A stretch of 13,229 nucleotides of DNA from a virus (taxonomy: Duplodnaviria; Heunggongvirae; Uroviricota; Caudoviricetes), in the IMG/VR virus record IMGVR_UViG_2698536505_000013, positions 1 through 13,229 of that record; one strand, given 5' to 3'. The stretch's first letter is position 1, and each line of letters starts with the position of its first letter. Under the pieces are notes generated by a model. It saw only the letters and a program-made list of their open reading frames with translations, did no database searches and had not been told where the DNA came from. Below are positions 6,469 through 13,229 of the stretch, in pieces. Position numbers and translations under genes: made by a program.

Positions 6469-8126
6469 TACCTGTATGGAGCACGGCATGTCCGGACTGG
6501 GCAGAGCGCCTGAAAAAGGGGCTGTCGATTATTCCGGCTCCGATTTATCCGGACCAGGCTGCACATGCACTGGCGATTTTTAAACAACTGCGAATTGTGG
6601 ATGCACCGGGTAGCCCGACATTCGGGGAGTCCTGTGCACCGTGGGTGTTTGACCTGGTGGCGGCCCTGTTTGGCTCCTACGATGCGCAGACCGGTGTTCG
6701 CCATATCAAGGAAGTGTTTATCCTTATCCCCAAGAAAAACAGTAAGTCCACGCTGGCCGCGGGGATCATGATGACGGCGCTGTTACTGAACTGGCGGCAG
6801 GCGGCGGGCTACACCATTCTGGCCCCGACCGTGGAGGTGGCGGCTAACGCCTTCAACCCTGCCAGGGATATGGTACGACGGGACGATGATCTGGATGACC
6901 TCTGTCAGGTGCAGACACATATCCGGACCATCACCCATCGGGTGACGGACACCACCCTGAAGGTGGTGGCAGCCGATCCGAATACGGTGTCCGGTATCAA
7001 GTCCGTGGGGACACTGATTGATGAACTGTGGCTGTTTGGCAAGCAGTACAAAGCGGAAGACATGCTACGTGAAGCCATCGGCGGGCTTGCCTCCCGTCCG
7101 GAAGGATTTGTGGTGTACACAACCACCCAGTCGAATGAACCGCCTGCCGGGGTGTTCAGACAGAAACTGCAGTACGCCCGGGATGTCCGTGACGGCAAAA
7201 TTCATGATCCGCACTTTCTGCCGGTGATATTTGAACACCCTCCTGAAATGGTGGAAAGCGGGGCTCACCTGCTGATGGAAAACCTCGCCATGGTTAACCC
7301 GAATCTCGGTTATTCGGTGGATGAGGCCTTTCTGTACCGGGAGTACCGTAAAGCCCGGGAAGCCGGTGAAGAGACATTCCGGGGGTTCATGTCAAAACAC
7401 GCCAATGTGGAAATTGGTCTTGCCCTGCGCTCTGACCGCTGGGCGGGGGCTGATTTCTGGGAAGAGCAGGGCCGTTGTATCAGCCTGGACGATATCCTGC
7501 GTCGTGCTGATGTGGTGACGGTGGGGATTGACGGCGGAGGGCTGGATGATCTGCTGGGGATGTATGTGATTGGGCGTGACCGGGAGACCCGCGAATGGCT
7601 GGGCTGGGGCCATGCCTGGGCGCATGAAACCGCGGTGGTCAGACGGAAGAGTGAGGCATCCCGGTTTCAGGATTTTGTGGCCTGTGGAGACATGACGATT
7701 GTCCGTCGGGTCGGGGATGACACGGCGGAAGTGGCGGAGTATGTGCGTCGTATTCATGAGGCTGAGTTACTGGATCATATCGGTATTGACCCGTCAGGTG
7801 TGGGGCAGATTCTGGATTCACTGGCGGAAGCCGGGATCCCCGATGAGAGTGTGGTGGGGATAAGCCAGGGCTGGAAGCTGGGCGGGGCCATCAAAACCAC
7901 CGAGCGCAAACTGGCTGAGGGAGTGCTGGTGCATGGTGGTCAGCCACTGATGGCCTGGTGCGTTGGCAATGCCCGGGTGGAGCCTAAAGGTAACGCCATT
8001 CTTATCACCAAACAGGCCAGCGGACGGGGAAAAATTGACCCACTGATGGCGCTCTTCAATGCGGTGTCCCTGATGTCCCTGAATCCGGAACCGAAAAAGA
8101 AAGCGTATGAGGTTTTTTTCATATAA
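6465..8126 (+). CDS. terL: Terminase large subunit (ATPase plus nuclease)
   Basis: 553 aa, translationally coupled to terS. It has a P-loop-like segment (ILIPKKNSKSTLAAG) and C-terminal acidic nuclease-like blocks (VVTVGIDGGG, IGIDPSGVG). Its position between terS and the capsid genes supports the call. Confidence 0.9.
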   Translation: MIPVWSTACPDWAERLKKGLSIIPAPIYPDQAAHALAIFKQLRIVDAPGSPTFGESCAPWVFDLVAALFGSYDAQTGVRHIKEVFILIPKKNSKSTLAAGIMMTALLLNWRQAAGYTILAPTVEVAANAFNPARDMVRRDDDLDDLCQVQTHIRTITHRVTDTTLKVVAADPNTVSGIKSVGTLIDELWLFGKQYKAEDMLREAIGGLASRPEGFVVYTTTQSNEPPAGVFRQKLQYARDVRDGKIHDPHFLPVIFEHPPEMVESGAHLLMENLAMVNPNLGYSVDEAFLYREYRKAREAGEETFRGFMSKHANVEIGLALRSDRWAGADFWEEQGRCISLDDILRRADVVTVGIDGGGLDDLLGMYVIGRDRETREWLGWGHAWAHETAVVRRKSEASRFQDFVACGDMTIVRRVGDDTAEVAEYVRRIHEAELLDHIGIDPSGVGQILDSLAEAGIPDESVVGISQGWKLGGAIKTTERKLAEGVLVHGGQPLMAWCVGNARVEPKGNAILITKQASGRGKIDPLMALFNAVSLMSLNPEPKKKAYEVFFI

Positions 8127-8151
8127 CCCTGCTCACCCTGTAACCATCATG

Positions 8152-8177
8152 AACCGCTGCGGCGGTTTTTTTATTTT
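8152..8177 (+). terminator. Intrinsic-terminator-like hairpin (6-bp stem AACCGC/GCGGTT, 4-nt loop) with T-tract, between terL and the protease-capsid gene
   Basis: Sequence AACCGCtgcgGCGGTTTTTTTATTTTC, followed at once by the CAGGAGG Shine-Dalgarno of the next gene. Confidence 0.5.
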
Positions 8178-8189
8178 CAGGAGGCTGAT

Positions 8190-10127
8190 GTGACTCTTAA
8201 ACGGGCCTGTTCCCTACTGACGGTGAAATCCTTCAGTGAGGATGAACGGGTGATCACCGGGATTGCGTCAACGCCTTCTCCGGATCGGGATGGTGACATC
8301 CTGGAGCCGGAGGGGGCGGAGTTTGGCAGTACGATCCCGTTTCTCTGGCAGCATGACCATTCCCGCCCTGTAGGCCAGTGTACGGTGCGTCGGGTCAGGG
8401 AAGGGCTGGAAATCACGGCAATGCTGGTGAAGCCGGAGCCGGGGATGCCCTCCCAGATGGCAGCCCGGCTGGATGAGGTCTGGGCGGCCATTAAGACCGG
8501 GCTGGTCAGGGGGCTGTCCGTGGGCTTCCGTCCCCATGAATACACCTTTCTGGACGGAGGCGGACTGCATTTTCTGCGCTGGGAACTGATGGAGGTGTCT
8601 GCCGTCACCGTGCCCGCGAATGCGGAATGCACCATCCGGACCATTAAATCTTACGACCGCCCGTTTTCTGCCGCGTCCGGCAACCGGAAACCGGTGGTGA
8701 AAATCGCATCTTCTGCCGGCGCTGCGGCACAGTCAACAACCGTTTTTCATAAGGAAAAGACCATAATGAATATTGGCGAACAGATTAAAAGTTTTGAAAA
8801 CAAGCGTGCAGCGCTGGCAGCCTCCCTTGAGGAGGTCATGACCAAAGCCGCAGAGGAAGGGCGCACGCTGGATGTGGAGGAGGAAGAGCATTACGACAAC
8901 ACCGCAGCGGAAATCCGTCAGGTGGATGCGCACCTGAAGCGCCTGCGTGAACTGGAAGCCGGTAAGGCCGCCACGGCGCAGCCGGTGAAACAGGCCGGTA
9001 ACGGGAATGTGGCCGCGGTGGCTTCAGCGCCGGTGATCCGTGTGGAGCAGAAACTGGAGAAGGGGATTGGCTTCGCCCGCTTTGCCAAATCGCTGGCTGC
9101 GGCTAAAGGCGTCCGATCTGAAGCCCTGGAAGTGGCCCGTCGTCAGTATCCGGATGACAGTCGTCTGCATCATGTCCTGAAATCGGCAGTGGGCGCGGGG
9201 ACCACCACGGATCCGCAGTGGGCAGGCAGCCTGTCTGAATATCAGGAATACGCACAGGACTTTATTGATTACCTGCGTCCGCAGACCATTATCGGGCGAT
9301 TTGGTCAGGGCGGGATCCCTGCACTTCGTCAGGTGCCGTTCAATATCCGTGTGCACGCCCAGGTGTCCGGCGGTGCTGCCGGCTGGGTGGGTGAGGGTAA
9401 GGCAAAACCCCTGACGAAGTTTGATTTTGAATCCATCACCTTCAGTCATGCGAAAGTGTCGGCCATTGCGGTACTGACGGAAGAATTGATCCGTTTTTCC
9501 AGTCCGGCTGCTGATGCACTGGTCCGTAATGCGCTGGCGGAAGCGGTAGTGGCGCGTCTGGATACAGACTTTGTGGACCCGAAAAAAGCGGCGGTGGCGG
9601 ATGTCTCCCCGGCGTCCATCACCCATGATGTGAAGGGCATGGCATCAACCGGTAACCCGGATGCGGATGCCGAGGCCGCGTTTGGCCAGTTTGTGACGGC
9701 AAATCTGCAGCCCACTGGTGCTGTCTGGCTGATGTCCAGCACGAATGCCCTGGCGCTGTCCATGCGTAAAAATGCGCTGGGTCAGAAGGAATACCCGGAC
9801 ATGACCCTGCTTGGCGGCACCTTCCAGGGCCTGCCGGTGATTGTCTCCCAGTACGTGGGTGACCAGCTGGTGCTGGTGAATGCGCCGGATATTTATCTGG
9901 CTGATGACGGCGGTGTGGCGGTGGATATGTCCCGTGAAGCGTCACTGGAGATGCAGTCTGAGCCGGGCGGCGACAGCACCACACCGTCCCCGGTGGAGCT
10001 GGTTTCCATGTTCCAGACAGGCAGCGTGGCCATCCGTGCGGAGCGCTGGATCAACTGGCGTCGTCGCCGTACTGCGGCGGTGGCGGTGATCACCGGAGTG
10101 AACTACGGCAGTGCGTCCGGCGGCTGA
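8190..10127 (+). CDS. Prohead protease (HK97/S78 family) fused in frame to an HK97-fold major capsid protein
   Basis: 645 aa from GTG with AGGAGG 5 nt upstream. The N-terminal ~170 aa carry protease motifs (WQHDH, GLSVGFRP, ELMEVSAVTVPAN). From M193 (internal ATG 8766, AAGGA 10 nt upstream) the sequence looks like a capsid delta domain and HK97-like capsid body. No stop separates the two parts. Confidence 0.85.
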   Translation: MTLKRACSLLTVKSFSEDERVITGIASTPSPDRDGDILEPEGAEFGSTIPFLWQHDHSRPVGQCTVRRVREGLEITAMLVKPEPGMPSQMAARLDEVWAAIKTGLVRGLSVGFRPHEYTFLDGGGLHFLRWELMEVSAVTVPANAECTIRTIKSYDRPFSAASGNRKPVVKIASSAGAAAQSTTVFHKEKTIMNIGEQIKSFENKRAALAASLEEVMTKAAEEGRTLDVEEEEHYDNTAAEIRQVDAHLKRLRELEAGKAATAQPVKQAGNGNVAAVASAPVIRVEQKLEKGIGFARFAKSLAAAKGVRSEALEVARRQYPDDSRLHHVLKSAVGAGTTTDPQWAGSLSEYQEYAQDFIDYLRPQTIIGRFGQGGIPALRQVPFNIRVHAQVSGGAAGWVGEGKAKPLTKFDFESITFSHAKVSAIAVLTEELIRFSSPAADALVRNALAEAVVARLDTDFVDPKKAAVADVSPASITHDVKGMASTGNPDADAEAAFGQFVTANLQPTGAVWLMSSTNALALSMRKNALGQKEYPDMTLLGGTFQGLPVIVSQYVGDQLVLVNAPDIYLADDGGVAVDMSREASLEMQSEPGGDSTTPSPVELVSMFQTGSVAIRAERWINWRRRRTAAVAVITGVNYGSASGG

Positions 10128-10142
10128 GTCTGATGAGGAGGA

Positions 10143-10162
10143 CGGGAGGCGTGCGCCTCCCG
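10143..10162 (+). other. GC-rich hairpin (8-bp stem CGGGAGGC/GCCTCCCG, loop GTGC) 16 nt downstream of the capsid gene stop; no U-tract
   Basis: Perfect inverted repeat seen in sequence. It may be a transcript-stabilising 3' structure for the capsid mRNA rather than a terminator. Confidence 0.4.
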
Positions 10163-10171
10163 TAACAGGTT

Positions 10172-10393
10172 ATGGCAAAGATCCGATATCTGCAGGGCAC
10201 GCATGATGCCCGGGCCGGGGATATCCGTGATGTGGCACAGCCGTGTGCGGAGGTGCTGGTTCGCCTGGGGAAGGCGGAGTACATCACAGTGCGACGTCCG
10301 GCAGGTCAGAAAAAGAAACGTGATGCGGAGCATGGCGAATGTGGAACCTTTTGCGGCGAACCCGAAAAAACCAGAAATCAGGACGTGATGTAA
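10172..10393 (+). CDS. Hypothetical 73-aa protein between capsid and portal genes
   Basis: ATG ORF with gene-like codon usage (MAKIRYLQGTHDARAGDIRDVAQPCAEVLVRLGKAEYITVRRPAGQKKKRD...). It overlaps the proposed portal start by 55 nt and has no obvious Shine-Dalgarno, so the call is tentative. Confidence 0.3.
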   Translation: MAKIRYLQGTHDARAGDIRDVAQPCAEVLVRLGKAEYITVRRPAGQKKKRDAEHGECGTFCGEPEKTRNQDVM

Positions 10394-11703
10394 AAGAGGT
10401 GGGCTGGACCAGCCTGTTTCAGGCGGTGGCTGAGCCTTTTGCCGGTGCCTGGCAGCAGGGCGTGAAAGCCGATCCGGAAAGTGTCCTCTCCTTTCATGCG
10501 GTGTTTTCTTGCATTTCGCTGATATCCCAGGATATCGCCAAAATGCGACTGCGCCTGATGCAGACCGATACACAGGGGATCCGCCGTGAAAAACGGCAGG
10601 GGGATATTGCCCGTCTCTGTCGTCGTCCCAATGCACAGCAGAATCGTATCCAGTTTTTTGAACTGTGGCTGAACGCCAAACTGCGTCACGGCAATACGGT
10701 GGTGCTGAAAATCCGTAACTCCCGGGGGCAGATCAAAGAACTGCGTATTCTGGACTGGAGCCGGGTTGAACCTCTGGTGGCGGATGACGGCGAGGTGTTC
10801 TATCGCATTACACCGGACCGGAACTGCGGGATCACGGAGGCGGTGACGGTGCCTGCCCGGGAAGTGATCCACGACCGGTTTAACTGTTTTTTTCATCCGC
10901 TTGTGGGGCTGCCGCCGGTGTATGCCGCCGGGCTGGCGGCCACGCAGGGGCATCATATTCAGGCAAATTCAACGTCTTTTTTCAGAAATGGCGGCAGGCC
11001 GTCCGGGGTGATTGAGATCCCCGGCAGTATAACGGAAGAAAATGCGAAAAAACTGAAGAGCAACTGGGACAGCGGGTATACCGGCGAAAATGCGGGGAAA
11101 ACGGCGATCCTGAGCAACGGGGCGAAATATAACCCCACGACGTTTTCACCGGTGGATGCGCAGACGGTGGAACAACTGAAGATGACGGCTGAAATTGTCT
11201 GTTCGGTGTTCCGTGTCCCGGCCTACAAGATTGGCGTTGGCCAGCCGCCTTCCAGTGACAACGTGGAGGCGCTGGAGCAGCAGTATTATTCCCAGTGTCT
11301 GCAGACGCTGATTGAGTCCATTGAGCTGTTACTGGATGAGGCGCTGGAAACGGGGGAAAACGAGAGCACGGAGTTTGACGTCACCACGCTGCTGAGAATG
11401 GACAGCGAACGGCGCATGAAAACACTGGGTGAATCGGTGAAAAATACGCTTCTCACGCCCAATGAGGCCCGTAAACGTGAGAACCTGCCGCCCCTGGCCG
11501 GCGGTGATGCACTGTATCTTCAGCAGCAGAACTACAGTCTGGAGGCGCTGTCCCGTCGTGATGCCCGTGAAGATCCGTTTGCGTCGTCCGGGAAAAGAGT
11601 TTCAGCCCAACTGCCTGACGGCGCATCTGACGGTAATAAGGCAATCAGTGAAACAGAGCATGGTGCGTTGAAAGCGATGTTGAGGGGGATACTGAGAAAA
11701 TGA
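10339..11703 (+). CDS. Portal protein (HK97-family portal)
   Basis: 454 aa from ATG. The N-terminal region PESVLSFHAVFSCISLISQDIAKMRLRL and C-terminal blocks (FRVPAYKIGVG, LLRMDSERRMKTLGE, LTPNEARKRENLPPLAGGDALY) are typical of HK97-type portals. The start is uncertain within about 60 nt. Confidence 0.85.
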   Translation: MWNLLRRTRKNQKSGRDVKEVGWTSLFQAVAEPFAGAWQQGVKADPESVLSFHAVFSCISLISQDIAKMRLRLMQTDTQGIRREKRQGDIARLCRRPNAQQNRIQFFELWLNAKLRHGNTVVLKIRNSRGQIKELRILDWSRVEPLVADDGEVFYRITPDRNCGITEAVTVPAREVIHDRFNCFFHPLVGLPPVYAAGLAATQGHHIQANSTSFFRNGGRPSGVIEIPGSITEENAKKLKSNWDSGYTGENAGKTAILSNGAKYNPTTFSPVDAQTVEQLKMTAEIVCSVFRVPAYKIGVGQPPSSDNVEALEQQYYSQCLQTLIESIELLLDEALETGENESTEFDVTTLLRMDSERRMKTLGESVKNTLLTPNEARKRENLPPLAGGDALYLQQQNYSLEALSRRDAREDPFASSGKRVSAQLPDGASDGNKAISETEHGALKAMLRGILRK

Positions 11704-12761
11704 CGGAACGGGAACTGTCCATTATTCGTGCACTGGGCGAAGAATTCGCCACGGTGCTGGCGGATTTACAGCACACATTTGAGGAGAAGATGGCCGCGCA
11801 GGCACAAGCGTTTGAAGAGAAACTGGCTTCCCTGTCGGCGGTATTACAGAAGCATGTGACGGTGGATGAGGTACATCCGGTTCTGCAGGCGATGGTGGAT
11901 GACGCTGTGGGGACCATTCCGGTACCGCGTGATGGTCGTGATTATGATCCGGATGTACTGCAGCAGGCGGTGAATGATGCGGTTGCGAATATTCCGGTAC
12001 CGGCGGACGGCAAAAGTATCACCCCCGATGATGTGCGTCCGATGCTTGAGCAGATGGTGAAAGAGGCTGTAAGCCATATCCCTGCTCCGCGTGACGGTCG
12101 TGATTATGATCCGGATGTACTGCAGCAGGCGGTGAATGATGCGGTTGCGAATATTCCGGTACCGGCGGACGGCAAAAGTATCACCCCCGATGATGTGCGT
12201 CCGATGCTTGAGCAGATGGTGAAAGAGGCCGTAAGCCATATCCCTGCTCCGCGTGATGGTCGTGATTACGATCCGGAAGTACTGAAGCAGGCGGTTCTGG
12301 AGGCGGTGAATGCCCTTCCGGCTCCGCAGGACGGGCGTGATGCCACGGCACTGGAAGTGCTCCCCGCCATTGACGATCAAAAATCCTTTCCCCGGGGCAC
12401 GTATGCCACACACCTTGGAGGACTCTGGCGGGCGTATGAAAAAACGCACGGGATGCGGGGATGGGAATGCCTGGTTGACGGGGTGGCGGATATTGACGTC
12501 AGTATGACGGGTGAGCGGTTGTTCTCTGTGGTGATCCGGCAGAGCAGTGGCCAGTGTACGGAAAAAACATTTTCCCTGCCGGTGATGCTCTACCGCGGAG
12601 TGTTCAGAGCCGGTGAAACCTACCACCCCGGCGATACGGTGACGTGGGGGGGCTCGCTGTGGCACTGCAACAGTATGACCGCCGATAAACCGGGGGATGC
12701 GCATGCATCTGGCTGGACGCTGGCTGCCAAACGGGGACGGGATGCTGGAGGCGGAAAATGA
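11700..12761 (+). CDS. Repeat-containing structural protein: N-terminal coiled coil, six ~27-aa repeats, C-terminal carbohydrate-binding-like domain; candidate head decoration/fibre protein
   Basis: 353 aa, ATG overlapping the portal stop (ATGA), GAGGGGGA Shine-Dalgarno. The repeats have the form V..L.QAV.DAV..IP.P.DG. The C-terminus (YRGVFRAGETYHPGDTVTWGGSLWHCNSMTADKPGDAHASGWTL) resembles CBM5/12-type modules. Its stop overlaps the next gene. Confidence 0.8.
   Translation: MTERELSIIRALGEEFATVLADLQHTFEEKMAAQAQAFEEKLASLSAVLQKHVTVDEVHPVLQAMVDDAVGTIPVPRDGRDYDPDVLQQAVNDAVANIPVPADGKSITPDDVRPMLEQMVKEAVSHIPAPRDGRDYDPDVLQQAVNDAVANIPVPADGKSITPDDVRPMLEQMVKEAVSHIPAPRDGRDYDPEVLKQAVLEAVNALPAPQDGRDATALEVLPAIDDQKSFPRGTYATHLGGLWRAYEKTHGMRGWECLVDGVADIDVSMTGERLFSVVIRQSSGQCTEKTFSLPVMLYRGVFRAGETYHPGDTVTWGGSLWHCNSMTADKPGDAHASGWTLAAKRGRDAGGGK
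11925..12248 (+). repeat. In-frame tandem duplication, 2 x 162 bp (160/162 identical), plus a diverged partial third copy (12249-~12340)
   Basis: Copy 1 is 11925-12086 and copy 2 is 12087-12248. They differ at two positions (gatggt/gacggt and gaggct/gaggcc). Each encodes a 54-aa unit, PRDGRDYDPDVLQQAVNDAVANIPVPADGKSITPDDVRPMLEQMVKEAVSHIPA. Confidence 0.95.
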
Positions 12762-13084
12762 CGGCATTACTGACACTGGAAGAGATCAAGGCACATCTGC
12801 GTGTCGACTATGACGCGGATGATGACATGCTGATGGACAAGGTTCGTCAGGCTACCGCCGTGCTGCTGGCCTACATTCAGGGCAGCCGGGATAAGGTGAT
12901 TCGTGAGGACGGTGAGCTGATCCCGGGCGAGGCATTAACCCGGATGAAGGGGGCTGCCATGCGACTGACCGGGATGCTGTACCGGAATCCGGATCTTGCT
13001 GAGCGGGAAGACCTCGTGCAGGGGGAACTGCCGTTTTCTGTGTCCGTGCTGATTTACGATTTGCGTTGTCCGACGGTGTTATGA
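12758..13084 (+). CDS. Head-tail connector / adaptor protein (gp6-like)
   Basis: 108 aa, ATG overlapping the upstream stop (ATGA), GGAGG Shine-Dalgarno. The N-terminus MTALLTLEEIKAHLRVDYDADDDMLMDKV matches the characteristic start of gp6-like connector proteins. Confidence 0.8.
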   Translation: MTALLTLEEIKAHLRVDYDADDDMLMDKVRQATAVLLAYIQGSRDKVIREDGELIPGEALTRMKGAAMRLTGMLYRNPDLAEREDLVQGELPFSVSVLIYDLRCPTVL

Positions 13085-13229
13085 GGAGGGAGGAATGGCA
13101 ATATCGTAAGCGACTCGTCAGAACCGTATTGATATTTACTGAGAGCTCAGATCAACTTTCCAGGGCAACAGATCGCGTACCCGGTTTGCCGGCCAGTCCT
13201 GGATATGTTCAATGACGTAACGCAGCCAC

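Noticed and set aside
6210-6704. Minus-strand 164-aa ORF across the terS/terL junction
   Set aside because: It is antisense to both terminase genes with no start context. It is a shadow ORF.
9024-9984. Several minus-strand ORFs (9024-9626, 9446-9763, 9619-9984) inside the capsid gene
   Set aside because: They are antisense to a well-supported structural gene and have low-complexity Arg/Pro/His-rich translations.
10103-10636. Minus-strand 177-aa ORF spanning the capsid-portal junction
   Set aside because: It is antisense to the portal start, with low-complexity Pro/Arg-rich sequence and no ribosome-binding site.
11844-12776. Minus-strand 310-aa ORF antisense to the repeat-containing structural gene
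   Set aside because: Its internal repeats simply mirror the plus-strand tandem duplication. The plus-strand gene has Shine-Dalgarno sequences and translational coupling on both sides, and the minus ORF has neither.
13136-13229. Possible 3' end of a convergent minus-strand gene at the window edge (reads ...WLRYVIEHIQDWPANRVRDLLPWKVDLSSQ*)
   Set aside because: Only 30 codons are visible, so an open frame of this length is not unlikely by chance and no identity can be assigned. It is worth checking in the full contig but is not reportable as a feature from this window.
1-13229. Search for tRNA, CRISPR repeats, integrase/att and stx toxin genes
   Set aside because: No T-loop or acceptor-stem candidates, no short regularly spaced direct repeats, no recombinase-like ORF and no Stx A/B-like translation were found in any frame. 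This is by manual reading only, and tRNAscan/BLAST would be the decisive check.

Overview
This window reads as the late region of a lambdoid (933W/HK97-like) enterobacterial prophage, all major genes on the + strand. In order: a large NanS-p-type SGNH esterase gene; a lysis cassette (S21-like pinholin, a 110-aa unknown ORF, SAR endolysin, an unusual ~300-bp insert, then Rz with embedded Rz1); an AT-rich moron gap holding a YlcI-like small gene on the minus strand; an HNH endonuclease; a palindrome-rich candidate cos region; terminase small and large subunits; a single ORF fusing an HK97-type prohead protease to the major capsid protein; a portal; a 353-aa protein carrying a near-perfect 162-bp tandem duplication; and a gp6-like head-tail connector. 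I found no tRNA, rRNA, CRISPR array, integrase, or stx sequence in the window. I do not see a clear multi-gene novel system such as a defence island. The least-explained content is a set of small accessory ORFs and RNA hairpins in and around the lysis cassette, the moron gap, the repeat-containing structural protein, and a 16-nt exact match to the Tn5 transposase mosaic end near the window start. All homology calls are from reading the translations and from memory of these families; no database search was run.
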